This document shows positions 10,316 through 25,424 of a DNA stretch of 43,380 nucleotides, piece by piece. How positions within the stretch are numbered: the stretch's first letter is position 1; the number at the start of each line of letters is the position of its first letter. Position numbers and translations under genes: made by a program. The stretch covers positions 84,691-128,070 of the forward strand of contig JADFOP010000001.1 in NCBI GenBank assembly GCA_022562795.1. Direction: 5' to 3'. The stretch comes from Nitrospinota bacterium (lineage in GTDB: Bacteria > JADFOP01). The notes below the pieces were generated by a model. It worked only from the letters and a program-made list of their open reading frames with translations, did not search any database and had not been told where the DNA came from.

Positions 10316-12406
10316 TCACGCAACTGTCCTCTTTGTATCTAACCCGACCAACTCGGAAATGGGATCGGGGACTTCATCGTATAAAGCAAACTGCATGGTG
10401 TGAGTCGCCCTGCCTTGGGAGGCTGAGCGCAACACCGTGGCGTAGCCAAACATCTCCGCCAGGGGGACCTTGGCCTTCACAACCTTGGCACCCGCCCTAC
10501 TGTCCGTGCCCGTAATCTTGCCACGGCGGGCGCTGAGATCTCCCAGGACTTCGCCCAAGAATTCCTCGGGGACAACGACCTCCACGTCCATGATGGGCTC
10601 GAGAAGGATGGCGCCAGCCCGGTTAGCACCATCCTTAAACGCCGCAGAGGCGGCGATCTTGAAGGCCAGCTCTGAGGAATCCACCTCGTGGTAGGAACCG
10701 TCAACCACGCGGACCAGTACGTCGGTTACTGGGAAACCTGCGATCACACCGGACTCCGTGGCTTCCTTGATACCCGTCTTGACGGCACGGACATATTCCC
10801 GCGGGATAGCTCCACCTACCGTGGCGTCTTCGAAAATGAATCCCTCGCCCCGGCCTAGCGGCTCCAGCTCGATTAGTACGTGACCGTATTGGCCCCGCCC
10901 TCCTGTCTGACGGACGTATCGGCCCTCGCCACGGGCCGCTTTTGAGATGGTCTCACGATATGCGACCTGGGGCCGAGATACACTGGCCGAGACGTTGAAT
11001 TCGCGCAGCAGCCGTTCCACGAGAATTTCCAGGTGGAGTTCTCCCATACCCGCTATAATGACCTGGTTAGTTTCGTCATCGACCCGCGAGATGAAGGTTG
11101 GGTCCTCTCTGGTCAGCTTGGCGAGACTCGAAGCGAGCCGGTCGTGGTCCGCCTTGGTCTTAGGCTCTATGGCGAGCTGCACTACAGGCTCGGGGAAATC
11201 CATAGCCTCTAGTGCGATAGGGTGTTTCTTCTCACAGAGGGTCTCGCCCGTGGTGGTGTTCTTGAGCCCAATGGCCGCAGCTATATCCCCTGCACGCACC
11301 ACCTCAATTTCCTCTCTCCGGTTTGCGTGCATCCGCAACAGCCTTCCGACGCGCTCACTCCGAGCCCGGGTTGGGTTGTAGACGCTCTGGCCGACACCCA
11401 GCTCGCCCGAATAGACCCGTATGAAAGAAAGCTGACCCACGTAGGGGTCGGTCATGATTTTGAATACAAGACCGCTGAAGGGGGCATCGTCCTCAGCCGA
11501 GCGGCTTTCCTCTGCACCCGTCTCTGGATTGATGCCTTGGACGGGGGGCACATCAAGGGGTGAGGGGAGGTAGCGCACCACGGCATCCAAGAGCGGCTGG
11601 ATACCCTTGTTTTTGAAGGCTGCTCCGCAAATAACCGGATGGGTTTTAAGCTCCAGGGTGGCTTGGCGCACAGCCGCCTCAATGGCTTCCGCCCCTAGAG
11701 TCCCGGTTTCAAGGTACTGTTCCATGAGCGTTTCGTCGAGGTCGGCCACCTGCTCCACAAGCCGCTCGCGCCACGCTTCGGCCTCGGCGATGGCTTCCTT
11801 CGGGATCGGCTCGGTGTGAAAGGTCGCCCCGAGGGTCTCGTCGTCCCAGAGCAATGCTTCCATGCGGACTAAATCAATGATGCCCTGGAAGCTCTCCTCG
11901 CTGCCGAGGGGCAGCTGCAAGAGAACCGGGTTTGCGTCGAGGCGATCACGCATCTGCTCAATGCACCTGAAGAGATCGGCCCCCACTCGGTCTAGCTTGT
12001 TGACGAAGGTGATGAGCGGCACGTGGTACTTGGTCGCCTGGCGCCAAACCGTCTCGCTTTGGGGCTCCACCCCGCCGACGGCGCAGAAGATGCCAATCGC
12101 CCCATCGAGGATGCGGAGGCTGCGCTCTACCTCTGCTGTGAAGTCTACGTGGCCAGGGGTGTCAATGATGTTGATCTGGTGGTCCCGCCAGAAACAGGTG
12201 GTGGCGGCAGCGGCAATGGTGATACCACGCTCCTGCTCTTGCTCCATCCAATCCATGACGGTTGAGCCGTCGTGGACCTCGCCCATTTTGTGGGACACAC
12301 CGGTATAGTAAAGGATTCGCTCAGACGTGGTGGTTTTCCCAGCGTCGATATGGGCGATAATCCCGATATTGCGCGTTCGTCCCAATGGGTATTGCCGTGG
12401 TGCCAT
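10316..12406 (-). CDS. fusA: Elongation factor G
   Basis: [35 protein letters not shown]. Confidence 0.99.
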   Translation of the reverse strand: MAPRQYPLGRTRNIGIIAHIDAGKTTTSERILYYTGVSHKMGEVHDGSTVMDWMEQEQERGITIAAAATTCFWRDHQINIIDTPGHVDFTAEVERSLRILDGAIGIFCAVGGVEPQSETVWRQATKYHVPLITFVNKLDRVGADLFRCIEQMRDRLDANPVLLQLPLGSEESFQGIIDLVRMEALLWDDETLGATFHTEPIPKEAIAEAEAWRERLVEQVADLDETLMEQYLETGTLGAEAIEAAVRQATLELKTHPVICGAAFKNKGIQPLLDAVVRYLPSPLDVPPVQGINPETGAEESRSAEDDAPFSGLVFKIMTDPYVGQLSFIRVYSGELGVGQSVYNPTRARSERVGRLLRMHANRREEIEVVRAGDIAAAIGLKNTTTGETLCEKKHPIALEAMDFPEPVVQLAIEPKTKADHDRLASSLAKLTREDPTFISRVDDETNQVIIAGMGELHLEILVERLLREFNVSASVSRPQVAYRETISKAARGEGRYVRQTGGRGQYGHVLIELEPLGRGEGFIFEDATVGGAIPREYVRAVKTGIKEATESGVIAGFPVTDVLVRVVDGSYHEVDSSELAFKIAASAAFKDGANRAGAILLEPIMDVEVVVPEEFLGEVLGDLSARRGKITGTDSRAGAKVVKAKVPLAEMFGYATVLRSASQGRATHTMQFALYDEVPDPISELVGLDTKRTVA

Positions 12407-12439
12407 TTTTCGTCACGCTTCCTTAGGCGTTGGCGCATC

Positions 12440-12910
12440 TCACCAGCGGTAATGGGCAAAGGCCTTGTTGGCCTCGGCCATTTTGTGGGTATCCTCGCGC
12501 TTCTTCCAACTCAAGCCTGTCCGATTGGAGGCGTCGAGGAGCTCGGCCGCCAATCGGTCCTGCATAGTTCTCTCGCCGCGTTCACGGGCGTGCAGAATTA
12601 TCCACCGGATCGCGAGGGTCATTCGGCGCGAAGGCCGCACCTCCACCGGTATTTGGTAAGTGGAGCCTCCCACCCGTCGGCTCTTGACCTCTAGGGAGGG
12701 CTTGATGTTTTCTACCGCCCGCTTGAAGACGGGCAACGGGTCTTCGCCCGTGCGGCCCCGGATAAGTTCAAACGAGCCGTAAAGGATCCGCTCGGCGAGG
12801 CTCTTTTTACCCTTCCGCATAAGGCTGTTGATGAACTCCGTCACAAGGGTGTCACGGTAGATAGGATCGGGCAAAACGGGCCGTTTTGGCACCCCGCGTC
12901 GACGCGGCAT
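12440..12910 (-). CDS. rpsG: 30S ribosomal protein S7 (uS7)
   Basis: [18 protein letters not shown] and [15 protein letters not shown]. Confidence 0.99.
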   Translation of the reverse strand: MPRRRGVPKRPVLPDPIYRDTLVTEFINSLMRKGKKSLAERILYGSFELIRGRTGEDPLPVFKRAVENIKPSLEVKSRRVGGSTYQIPVEVRPSRRMTLAIRWIILHARERGERTMQDRLAAELLDASNRTGLSWKKREDTHKMAEANKAFAHYRW

Positions 12911-12945
12911 AACTTACGCTCCACAGCCACCTTGGGAATGGCGGC

Positions 12946-13320
12946 TTAATTTTTCGGTTTCTTCGTCCCGTATTTGGACCGCCCCTGGCGGCGCCCCTCT
13001 ACACCCATCGTGTCGAGCGAGCCGCGGATGACGTGATATCGCACCCCCGGCAAATCCTTCACACGACCGCCCCGTATAAGGACAATGGCGTGCTCTTGTA
13101 GGTTGTGTCCCACCCCAGGGATGTAGGTGGTTACCTCCATCCCGTTGGTCAACCTCACACGAGCAACCTTGCGAAGAGCGGAATTGGGCTTCTTGGGGGT
13201 CGAGGTGTAGACACGGGTACAGACGGCCCGCCGTTGCGGGCACCGCTGCAACGCAGGAGTGTTTGTCTTGCGGCGGGCTTTACGCCGACCTTTACGGACC
13301 AACTGGCTTATAGTTGGCAT
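12946..13320 (-). CDS. rpsL: 30S ribosomal protein S12 (uS12)
   Basis: [29 protein letters not shown]. Confidence 0.99.
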   Translation of the reverse strand: MPTISQLVRKGRRKARRKTNTPALQRCPQRRAVCTRVYTSTPKKPNSALRKVARVRLTNGMEVTTYIPGVGHNLQEHAIVLIRGGRVKDLPGVRYHVIRGSLDTMGVEGRRQGRSKYGTKKPKN

Positions 13321-13418
13321 ACAATCCTCACCGTCCCCAAGTAGAACTAAAGCCTTTAATTTAAAGCCTCAATTGGACGCCGACGGAATTCAGCCCGAAG
13401 ACGAGTCAAAACTTTCCA

Positions 13419-13447
13419 AATCTATCAACCGGTTGCGAGCGTGTCAA
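13419..13447 (-). promoter_or_regulatory. Sigma70-type promoter for the str/S10/spc genes
   Basis: Minus strand TTGACA, 17 nt, TAGATT with an extended -10 TGn; about 100 nt upstream of rpsL. Confidence 0.8.
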
Positions 13448-13466
13448 GCCCTTTTTCCCACAATGA

Positions 13467-17627
<4,161 letters not shown>

Positions 17628-17689
17628 GGTGCTTCCTCCTTTGGCCTGATTTAAGGAAGACTGGTCTTGCCCTCCTTATATGGAAGGCG

Positions 17690-20600
17690 TTACGGGGACC
17701 CATCTCCAGAGGCCCCGTCTCCATCGTCTGGGGGGCTCCCTATAACTATAAGCTCTACATCGAGAGCAAGGCTCTGGAGCTCCTTAACGAGGACGTTGAA
17801 TGACTCCGGCAAGCTGGCTTCCAGCGAACATTCACCTTTTACGATGGACTCATACATTCGGGTTCGACCGACAACGTCGTCGGACTTCACCGTAATCATT
17901 TCCTGGAGAGTCTTGGCCGCCCCGTACGCCTCGAGGGCCCAAACCTCCATCTCCCCCAACCTCTGGCCGCCGAACTGCGCTTTGCCGCCCAGGGGTTGCT
18001 GGGTCACAAGGGAGTACGGCCCCGTGGAGCGGGCATGAATCTTGTCGTCCACTAAGTGGTGGAGCTTCATCATGTAGATGTAGCCCACGACGACCTGTTG
18101 GTCGAAAGCATCTCCGGTGCGCCCGTCGTAGAGCACCGTTCGACCGCTTTCGGGAAGTTCAGCCTTGTTCAGCAACTCCCGGATGTCAGCCTCTCTCGAC
18201 CCATCGAAGACGGGGGTTGCGAAATGGAGCCCCAGCGAGCGGGCCGCCCAGCCTAGGTGGGTTTCAAGAATCTGGCCCACGTTCATCCGAGAGGGCACCC
18301 CTAGAGGGTTTAAGAGTATCTCAATCGGTGTGCCGTCAGGGAGGTAAGGCATGTCCTCATCGGGAACGATGTAGCTTATCACGCCTTTGTTGCCGTGTCG
18401 GCCAGCCACTTTGTCGCCAACCGAGAGCTTGCGCTTCATCGCCACATAGACCTTGATGAGCTTGATTACCCCAGGAGGCAATTCGTCGCCCCGCTGTAGC
18501 TTCACAATTTTTTCGTTCATCATCGTCTCTAGCAGGTGGACCTGATCCCTGGGACCCTCAATGATCTCGGCAATCTGCTCGTTGATGGCCTCGTCCTTCA
18601 TTGGAGGGTGGTCGAGAAGCCATTCGGTGTCCATGGCCTCAAGCATCTCCTCGGTAATCTTTGAGTTCTTGGAAACGATGGTTTCACCCGTGGTCGGATG
18701 GAGCACCTTCACCTCAGCCTTGCGGCCGACCAGCACCTCCCCGATACGCTTATCCCGCTCTTCATTGACGATGCGAATCTCGTCGGAGAAGTCCTTCCGA
18801 ACCTTGGCGATCTCCTCTTCTTCTATGAATGTGGTTCTGGGATCCTTCTCAACGCCCTTGCGGCTGAAGACCCTGACGTCGACGACGAACCCCTCCACCC
18901 CAGGTGGAACGGTGAGGGAAGAGTCTCGGACATCACCGGCCTTTTCTCCGAAGATGGCTTTCAGCAATTTCTCCTCGGGCGAAAGCATGGTCTCGCCCTT
19001 GGGAGTAACCTTGCCCACGAGAACGTCGCCCGCCCGCACATGTGCACCGATCCGTATGATGCCGCTTTCATCGAGATTCAGGAGCATCTCTTCGCTGACG
19101 TTAGGAATGTCTCGGGTAATCTCCTCCTTGCCCTGCTTTGTATCCCGAGCCTCGACATCAAACTCCTCGATGTGGATCGAGGTGAAGAGGTCCTCTCGGA
19201 CGAGCCTCTCGGAGACGACGATGGCATCCTCGAAGTTGTACCCAGCCCAAGGCATGAAGGCCACCAAGATGTTACGGCCCAGGGCTAGCTCGCCGTGGTC
19301 GGTGGCAGATCCGTCGGCCAGCACGTCGCCGCGAGCTACCCTCTTGCCCTCCGCCACCACGGGCTTCTGGTTAACGCACGTGTTCTGATTCGATCGTTGG
19401 AACTTGGTCAGGTTGTAGATGTCCACCCGGGGGTCTGTTCCATCACTGGCCTTCTCATCAACCCGGACGACGACGCGGGTGGCGTCAACGCTGAGAACCC
19501 TCCCTGGATTTCGAGCCAGTACCAGTGCGCCGGAGTCCCTGGCGGCAATGAACTCCATGCCAGTGCCCACCAAGGGCGCCTCGGTCTTGAGCAGAGGCAC
19601 GGCTTGGCGCTGCATGTTGCTTCCCATAAGGGCACGGTTGGCGTCGTCGTTTTCCAGGAAGGGGATCAGGCTTGCTGCGACGCTCACGAGTTGCATCGGT
19701 GAAACGTCCATGAATTTGACCTGTTCGCGCGGCACAAAGACGAAATCCCCGCTTCGGCGGGCGCTTACCAAGTCGCGCTTGAAGCGGCCTCGCTCGTCGA
19801 TCTCGGCGTTCGCCTGAGCGATTACGTGGTCACCCTCTTCTAAAGCTGTTAGGAAGGCCACCTCGTTAGTGACCCGGCCCCCCTCGACACGGCGGTAGGG
19901 CGACTCGATAAACCCGAACTCATTGACTCGAGCGTAGGTCGAGAGGCTGGCGATGAGACCGATGTTCGGCCCCTCGGGGGTCTCGATGGGGCAGATCCGC
20001 CCGTAGTGGGTCGGGTGGACGTCGCGCACCTCGAAACCGGCCCGCTCCCGTGTAAGCCCGCCTGGGCCAAGAGCGCTTAGGCGACGCTTGTGGGTAATTT
20101 CGCTCAACGGGTTGGTTTGGTCCATAAACTGAGAGAGTTGGCTGGAGCCAAAGAACTCCTTAATTGCCGCCGTTACGGGCTTGGAGTTGATGAGGTCGTG
20201 TGGCATGGTGGCCTCGAGGTCCTGGATGCTCATCCGCTCTCGAATAGCCCGCTCCATGCGGACAAGGCCTATACGGAACTGGTTCTCGATGAGCTCGCCC
20301 ACCGACCGGACACGCCGGTTTCCGAGGTGGTCGATGTCATCAATCTCGCCCTGGCCCATTCGCAGGCCTAGGAGGTAGCGAATCGTCTCAACTACATCCT
20401 CACGACGCAGCTGCCGCTCCTCCAGGGGGAAATCTAGCCCCAGCTTCGAGTTGAGCTTCAAGCGCCCAATCTTCGAGAGGTCATACCGCTTGGGGTTCAT
20501 AAAGAGGTTGTCGAAGAGGTTCTTTGCTGTATCACGCGTGGGAGGGTCACCCGGCCGGAGGCGCTTGTAGATTTCTAACAAAGCCTCCTCCTGGGTGGAG

Positions 20601-21784
20601 GTCTTATCAGTCGCCAGGGAGTCGCGCAAAGAGCGGTCATCCCGCTCAGGGTGGATGTGGAGGATGGAAAAGGCGCGAATTTTCCGATCCCGGACGACCT
20701 CGAGAGTCTCGCCAGTTACCTCTGTGTTGACCTCCAAGAAAATCTCCCCCGTCTCTTCATCGATGACGTCACGAGCGATCGTTTGGCCAATTAGCACTTC
20801 TTCGTGAAGGGGGATATCCCTTGTGCGGGCGGCCCTAAGCTTCTTTAGAGCTACACGGGTTATACGGCGGCCTGCCTTAACAATGACCTCACCATCTTTA
20901 TCAACTATATCCTGCCCAGCTTTTACACCTACGAGAAGGTCGCTGACCTTGATGGTGAACTCATCTTTTATCGATTTGTAAGTAATCTCATCAAATTCAT
21001 AGAATATCTCCATGAGCTCATCGGTGGAGTAGCCCATGGCTCGAAGCAGAGTCGTGGCCGGGAGTTTCCTGCGCCGATCGATGCGGACGTAAATATGGTT
21101 CTTGGCATCCAGCTCAAAGTCTAGCCAACTGCCACGGTACGGAATGACCCGGGCCGAGTACACTACTTTGCCGGTGGTGGTACTCTTGCCTTTGTCGTGG
21201 GCGAAGAAGACCCCCGGCGACCGGTGCATTTGGCTTACGATTACCCGCTCAGTCCCGTTGATGATGAACGTCCCGTTCTCGGTTATAATGGGGATTTCGC
21301 CAAGGTAGACTTTTTGCTCTTTCACGTCCCGAAGACGCAGCTCACCCGTATCCTCTTCCTTCTCGTAGACCACGAGACGCACCATAATCTTCATCGGGTC
21401 GCCGTAGGTCATCCCTCGCTGGCGGCATTCGTCCACCTCATATTTCGGCTTATAAATGAGAGGTTTACCGCACACCTCACACTTCATACGCGGCCCGCCT
21501 AGGCCCTTGTACTCTCCGCATTCGCATTCCCACAAGCCGATTTCGTAGCCCACATACTCCAGGAAGGCGGTCTCGTTGAAATCGCTAATGGGAAAGACGC
21601 TCCGGAAGACCTCATCCAGCCCCCCCAGGGTTCTTTCGCCTTGGGCCCTGTCGTGTTGGAGGAACCGTTGATAGGAGCGCTGCTGGATTTCGATAAGGTT
21701 GGGGACGTCGATTATGGTTGGGATGCGGGCGAAGTTATGCCTCTTGCGCAATCCCGTGTGATGGGTCCTCGTCTTTGTTGCCAT
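17690..21784 (-). CDS. rpoB: RNA polymerase beta subunit
   Basis: [50 protein letters not shown]. Confidence 0.99.
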   Translation of the reverse strand: MATKTRTHHTGLRKRHNFARIPTIIDVPNLIEIQQRSYQRFLQHDRAQGERTLGGLDEVFRSVFPISDFNETAFLEYVGYEIGLWECECGEYKGLGGPRMKCEVCGKPLIYKPKYEVDECRQRGMTYGDPMKIMVRLVVYEKEEDTGELRLRDVKEQKVYLGEIPIITENGTFIINGTERVIVSQMHRSPGVFFAHDKGKSTTTGKVVYSARVIPYRGSWLDFELDAKNHIYVRIDRRRKLPATTLLRAMGYSTDELMEIFYEFDEITYKSIKDEFTIKVSDLLVGVKAGQDIVDKDGEVIVKAGRRITRVALKKLRAARTRDIPLHEEVLIGQTIARDVIDEETGEIFLEVNTEVTGETLEVVRDRKIRAFSILHIHPERDDRSLRDSLATDKTSTQEEALLEIYKRLRPGDPPTRDTAKNLFDNLFMNPKRYDLSKIGRLKLNSKLGLDFPLEERQLRREDVVETIRYLLGLRMGQGEIDDIDHLGNRRVRSVGELIENQFRIGLVRMERAIRERMSIQDLEATMPHDLINSKPVTAAIKEFFGSSQLSQFMDQTNPLSEITHKRRLSALGPGGLTRERAGFEVRDVHPTHYGRICPIETPEGPNIGLIASLSTYARVNEFGFIESPYRRVEGGRVTNEVAFLTALEEGDHVIAQANAEIDERGRFKRDLVSARRSGDFVFVPREQVKFMDVSPMQLVSVAASLIPFLENDDANRALMGSNMQRQAVPLLKTEAPLVGTGMEFIAARDSGALVLARNPGRVLSVDATRVVVRVDEKASDGTDPRVDIYNLTKFQRSNQNTCVNQKPVVAEGKRVARGDVLADGSATDHGELALGRNILVAFMPWAGYNFEDAIVVSERLVREDLFTSIHIEEFDVEARDTKQGKEEITRDIPNVSEEMLLNLDESGIIRIGAHVRAGDVLVGKVTPKGETMLSPEEKLLKAIFGEKAGDVRDSSLTVPPGVEGFVVDVRVFSRKGVEKDPRTTFIEEEEIAKVRKDFSDEIRIVNEERDKRIGEVLVGRKAEVKVLHPTTGETIVSKNSKITEEMLEAMDTEWLLDHPPMKDEAINEQIAEIIEGPRDQVHLLETMMNEKIVKLQRGDELPPGVIKLIKVYVAMKRKLSVGDKVAGRHGNKGVISYIVPDEDMPYLPDGTPIEILLNPLGVPSRMNVGQILETHLGWAARSLGLHFATPVFDGSREADIRELLNKAELPESGRTVLYDGRTGDAFDQQVVVGYIYMMKLHHLVDDKIHARSTGPYSLVTQQPLGGKAQFGGQRLGEMEVWALEAYGAAKTLQEMITVKSDDVVGRTRMYESIVKGECSLEASLPESFNVLVKELQSLALDVELIVIGSPPDDGDGASGDGSP

Positions 21785-21844
21785 GCACCCTCACCTCAAT
21801 CTAACAAAATATAAATGTCGTAAAAGATGGAATGCAGAGAGACG

Positions 21845-22228
21845 TCATTTAATCTCTGCACCCGCTCCGGCCTCTTCGAGCTTGGCCTTCACCTGTTCGG
21901 CTTCTTCCATAGAAATCTTTTCCTTTACTGGTTTGGGCGCCTCATCAACCAACGCCTTCGCCTCCTTCAAGGAGAGGTTCGTCAGGGCTCGAACTTCTTT
22001 GATGACCGCAATTTTCTTGTCTCCTATCGAAGTTAAGACAACGTTGAACTCCGTCTGCTCGACCTCCTCTTCGACGGTGACACCCGCCGGGGCTCCTGCC
22101 ACGGCCGCGACAGGCGCGGCTGCCGTTACCCCCCACTTGTCTTGGAGCTCCTGGACAAAATCGTTCATCTCCAGGATGCTCATTTTCTCAAGGAATTCGA
22201 TAACACCATCTTTTGTGATTTGGGCCAT
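21845..22228 (-). CDS. rplL: 50S ribosomal protein L7/L12 (bL12)
   Basis: Ala-rich hinge; EQTEFNVVL, KIAVIKEVR, LKEAKALVD. Confidence 0.98.
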   Translation of the reverse strand: MAQITKDGVIEFLEKMSILEMNDFVQELQDKWGVTAAAPVAAVAGAPAGVTVEEEVEQTEFNVVLTSIGDKKIAVIKEVRALTNLSLKEAKALVDEAPKPVKEKISMEEAEQVKAKLEEAGAGAEIK

Positions 22229-22291
22229 TTTTGCCTCCTGACGCCCCCAATGGGCATTGCCTTCCCTCTTGCGAAGGCCAAAGACTTACAA

Positions 22292-22807
22292 TTATTCCGC
22301 CTGCTCGGCGTATGCACTTAGTGTGTCCAGGAAACTTCGTTCCACACCCTGGAGGACCCCAAGAAACTGGACCCCGCCCCCCTGGAGAACGCTCAAGAGT
22401 TGAGCCTGGATAGCCTCAAGGGGAGGCAGCTCAGCCAGGCGTCGGACCGACTCCACATCCAAGGGCCTCCCCTCCAGCAGCCCTCCTTTGATTTCAATTG
22501 TCTTTCGCTCTTTGGCGTATGCCGTAAGGATCTTGGCTGGGGCCACTAAGTTATCGTAGGATAGGGCCACCGACGTTGGCCCTTCAAACAAGTCGGTTGC
22601 TTCCGCCAGGGGAGTATCGACCGCGGCCCGCCGAGCCAGTCTGTTCTTGATTACCCGAAACTCCACCTGCTCGGCCCTCAGCCGGTTGCGGAGTTCGTTC
22701 ATCTGTGCAACGGAGGAGCCTCGGAAATCCACGAATACGGCGGCCTTGGCCCGGTCGAATTTCTCTCTGAGCTCCTCGACGGCTTCTATTTTCGCCGGAT
22801 CAACCAC
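22292..22807 (-). CDS. rplJ: 50S ribosomal protein L10 (uL10)
   Basis: VDFRG, ELRNRLR, VIKNRLARRA, FEGPTSVA; lies between rplA and rplL. Confidence 0.97.
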   Translation of the reverse strand: MVDPAKIEAVEELREKFDRAKAAVFVDFRGSSVAQMNELRNRLRAEQVEFRVIKNRLARRAAVDTPLAEATDLFEGPTSVALSYDNLVAPAKILTAYAKERKTIEIKGGLLEGRPLDVESVRRLAELPPLEAIQAQLLSVLQGGGVQFLGVLQGVERSFLDTLSAYAEQAE

Positions 22808-22851
22808 GGTCTTGCTCCAATCGGAGGGCGGCTTACGTTCTCCGGATCCAC

Positions 22852-23559
22852 CTAGGCCTGAAAGAGATTCATCACCGCGACGGGATCGAGCCGAAGGCCC
22901 GGCCCCATAGTCGATGAAACGTAAATGCTCCTAAAGTATACACCCTTGGCCGAGGCTGGCTTGAGCCTTAGGAGTGTTTCAAATACAGCCTTGGCATTCT
23001 CCAGCAGCGTCTCTACATCGAAGGAGCGCCGCCCGATAGTTACGTGGACGATGCCCACTTTATCGACGCGGAACTCCACCTTTCCGGCCTTGAGCTCCTT
23101 GACGGCCCGGCCCACATCGAAGGTAACAGAGCCTGCCTTGGGGTTGGGCATCAAGCCCCTGGGACCGAGAATCTTTCCGAGCCGGCCCACCTGACTCATC
23201 AGATCCGGGGTCGCCACCGCCCGATCAAACTCCAGCCATCCGTCTTGGATCTTCTTTATATATTCCTCGGAGCCGACGTAGTCTGCTCCCGCCTCTTCGG
23301 CCTCTTTCATTTTTTCACCTTGTGCGAATGCAAGTACCGTGACGTTCTTTCCCACGCCGCCAGGCAACGCAACACTACCGCGAACCATCTGGTCGGCGTG
23401 GCGAGGATTGACGCCGAGGCGAACAGCCAGGTCTACAGACTCATCGAACTTGGCGTAGCCCAAATCTTTGACGAGGATAAGAGCCTCCTCGAGCTCGTAA
23501 CGGCGGTCTCTTTCTACCTCCGCGAGAGCCGCCTGCATGTGTTTACCTCGTCGAGCCAC
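22852..23559 (-). CDS. rplA: 50S ribosomal protein L1 (uL1)
   Basis: [33 protein letters not shown]. Confidence 0.98.
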   Translation of the reverse strand: MARRGKHMQAALAEVERDRRYELEEALILVKDLGYAKFDESVDLAVRLGVNPRHADQMVRGSVALPGGVGKNVTVLAFAQGEKMKEAEEAGADYVGSEEYIKKIQDGWLEFDRAVATPDLMSQVGRLGKILGPRGLMPNPKAGSVTFDVGRAVKELKAGKVEFRVDKVGIVHVTIGRRSFDVETLLENAKAVFETLLRLKPASAKGVYFRSIYVSSTMGPGLRLDPVAVMNLFQA

Positions 23560-23571
23560 GGTTACTCTACC

Positions 23572-23997
23572 TCAGTCGGTAACATCGATACCGATGCTCC
23601 TGGCCGTGCCAGCGATAATACGTTTGGCGGCTTCTATATCGGTTGTGTTGAGGTCCTGCTCCTTCATTCGGGCAATATTCTCCACCTGAGACCAAGAGAC
23701 CGTTCCCACCTTCTCCCGCTTGGGATCCTCCGAGCCCTTGGCGATCCCTGCCGCCTGCTTGAGCAACACGCTGGCCGGAGGGCTTTTAAGGATAAAGGTG
23801 AAGGACTGGTCGGTGTAGATGGTGACAACGACGGGGATGATGAGGCCCTCGCGATCCTGGGTCTGGGAATTGAAGGCCGTGCAGAACTCCATGATGTTCA
23901 CCCCATGTTGGCCCAATGCAGGCCCCACGGGCGGCGACGGGTTTGCCTGGCCCGCCGGAACCTGAAGTTTCACCAGAGCTTTGACTTTTCGTGCCAC
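23572..23997 (-). CDS. rplK: 50S ribosomal protein L11 (uL11)
   Basis: [25 protein letters not shown]. Confidence 0.99.
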   Translation of the reverse strand: MARKVKALVKLQVPAGQANPSPPVGPALGQHGVNIMEFCTAFNSQTQDREGLIIPVVVTIYTDQSFTFILKSPPASVLLKQAAGIAKGSEDPKREKVGTVSWSQVENIARMKEQDLNTTDIEAAKRIIAGTARSIGIDVTD

Positions 23998-24012
23998 CGT
24001 ACGCTCCTCGCC

Positions 24013-24867
24013 TCAGACCTTCTCCACCTGGAGGAACTCCATCTCGACCGGTGTGGCCCTCCCAAAGATGGTCACCATGACCCGTAGCTTGGCTCGAACG
24101 TCGTCCACCTCCTCGATCATCCCCGTAAAGTTGGTAAATGGCCCATCTACTATACGGACGTTCTCTCCTCGCTCGAACAACACCTTGAGCTTAGGTTTTT
24201 CGGCCTCGCCCCGCATCTGCTCGACGATGAACCTGATCTCATCGGTGGCCAGCGGCGTGGGATTCCGCCCTCCTCCAAGAATGCCGGTTACCTTGGGGGT
24301 GTTTTTTATTAGGTACCAGGTGTCGTCGGATAGCTCCATTTCCACCAAGACATAGCCGGGGAAGAACTTCCGGTCGCTAATACGCTTCTTGCCTCCCTTC
24401 ATCTCCACAACCGGCTCTGAAGGCACTATAATTTGAGGAATCCATTCTCTCAGGCCAAGGGCGTTGATCCGCTCTTCCATGCTCGCTTTGACCTTGGCCT
24501 CGTAGCCAGAGTAGGTATGAACAACATACCAGTCTTTGCCTGGGCCCGATGAGAGTACGGGTCCGCCGAGGGTGACCTCCGCTTCTTCCAAAGCTTCCTC
24601 TTGGTCCTCCTCCACCGGGGCTTCTACCGCTTCTTCCAAAGCTTCCTCTTGGTCCATCTCAGCCGAGACTTCTAGCGCCTCTTCCACGGCTTCCTCTTGG
24701 TCCTCCTCAACCTGAGCTACTACGGCAACCTCCTCGAGGTGGGAGTCTTCAGGAGCAAGCTCGTGAGGCGTGTCGGAGGCGACCTCCTCCGCCCAATCCT
24801 TGGAGTCGTCTTCCGCCTCGCCCTCTCGGTCGGCCTCGTCCGTCAAGCTGATCTCTTTCTCACTCAC
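24013..24867 (-). CDS. nusG: Transcription factor NusG with a ~110-aa acidic N-terminal extension
   Basis: NGN domain WYVVHTYSGYE...FFPGYVLVEM and KOW domain VRIVDGPFTNFTG...IFGRATPVE; the GTG start overlaps the secE stop (GTGA). Confidence 0.96.
   Translation of the reverse strand: MSEKEISLTDEADREGEAEDDSKDWAEEVASDTPHELAPEDSHLEEVAVVAQVEEDQEEAVEEALEVSAEMDQEEALEEAVEAPVEEDQEEALEEAEVTLGGPVLSSGPGKDWYVVHTYSGYEAKVKASMEERINALGLREWIPQIIVPSEPVVEMKGGKKRISDRKFFPGYVLVEMELSDDTWYLIKNTPKVTGILGGGRNPTPLATDEIRFIVEQMRGEAEKPKLKVLFERGENVRIVDGPFTNFTGMIEEVDDVRAKLRVMVTIFGRATPVEMEFLQVEKV
24581..24712. repeat. 48-bp-period repeat, three copies, in the nusG 5' extension (DQEEA(L/V)EEA)
   Basis: gcttcttccaaagcttcctcttggtcc at 24581 and 24629, with a variant at 24677. 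Confidence 0.9.
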
Positions 24868-25058
24868 CGTAGAACATTTCCTATAATCCGTTGAAGACCC
24901 GCATCAACCACACCTAGGAAGATCGCCACGAGAATAACAGTTAGGATCACCAAGGCGGTATGGGCGATGGTCTCTTTCCGGGTTGGCCATGTAACCTTCT
25001 TGACCTCTACAAGTACCTCGTTGAGAAACTGGCGAGCGCGCCTCACCCACTCGTTCAT
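24864..25058 (-). CDS. secE: Preprotein translocase subunit SecE (single-TM form)
   Basis: FLNEVLVEVKKVTWPTRKE followed by one hydrophobic helix; directly upstream of nusG. Confidence 0.96.
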   Translation of the reverse strand: MNEWVRRARQFLNEVLVEVKKVTWPTRKETIAHTALVILTVILVAIFLGVVDAGLQRIIGNVLR

Positions 25059-25108
25059 GGCTCAATTCACCGCCTCCCTGCGGCTGATAGCGGGCGGCTC
25101 AAAGGAAG

Positions 25109-25184
25109 TGGCAGGCCAGGAGGGATTCGAACCCCCAACCCCCGGATTTGGAGTCCGGTGCTCTACCGTTCGAGCTACTGGCCT
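25109..25184 (-). tRNA. tRNA-Trp (CCA)
   Basis: AGGCCAG/CTGGCCT acceptor stem, CT-CCA-AA anticodon loop, GGTTCGAATCC, encoded CCA end. Confidence 0.97.
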
Positions 25185-25255
25185 CCTCTCAAGGCGAATG
25201 CGCTACGGAGATACAGAGCGGGGCGGTCCGCCCGCCCGTTGCCTGCCCGGCAGCA

Positions 25256-25405
25256 TCACTTAATCTCTCGGTGAATGACGTGCTGACGACACCACCGACA
25301 ATATTTCTTAAACTCCAGACGATCAGGCGTACTTTGTTTGTTCTTCGTCGTTGAATAGTTTCTCTGCTTGCACTCGGTGCACGCCAACGTAATAATCTCT
25401 CGCAT
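25256..25405 (-). CDS. rpmG: 50S ribosomal protein L33 (bL33), zinc-binding form; absent from the ORF track
   Basis: Manual translation [49 protein letters not shown] (49 aa). Confidence 0.97.
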   Translation of the reverse strand: MREIITLACTECKQRNYSTTKNKQSTPDRLEFKKYCRWCRQHVIHREIK

Positions 25406-25424
25406 AGCCGCCCGCCCCGGTTTT

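Noticed and set aside
13380-13400. GCTGAAT in the rpsL leader as a c-di-AMP riboswitch
   Set aside because: The other conserved ydaO elements are missing and the leader is too short
23044-24087. 347-aa plus-strand ORF, and similar ones at 4886-5725, 16011-16913 and 18561-19388
   Set aside because: Fully antisense to conserved essential genes, with no recognisable motifs
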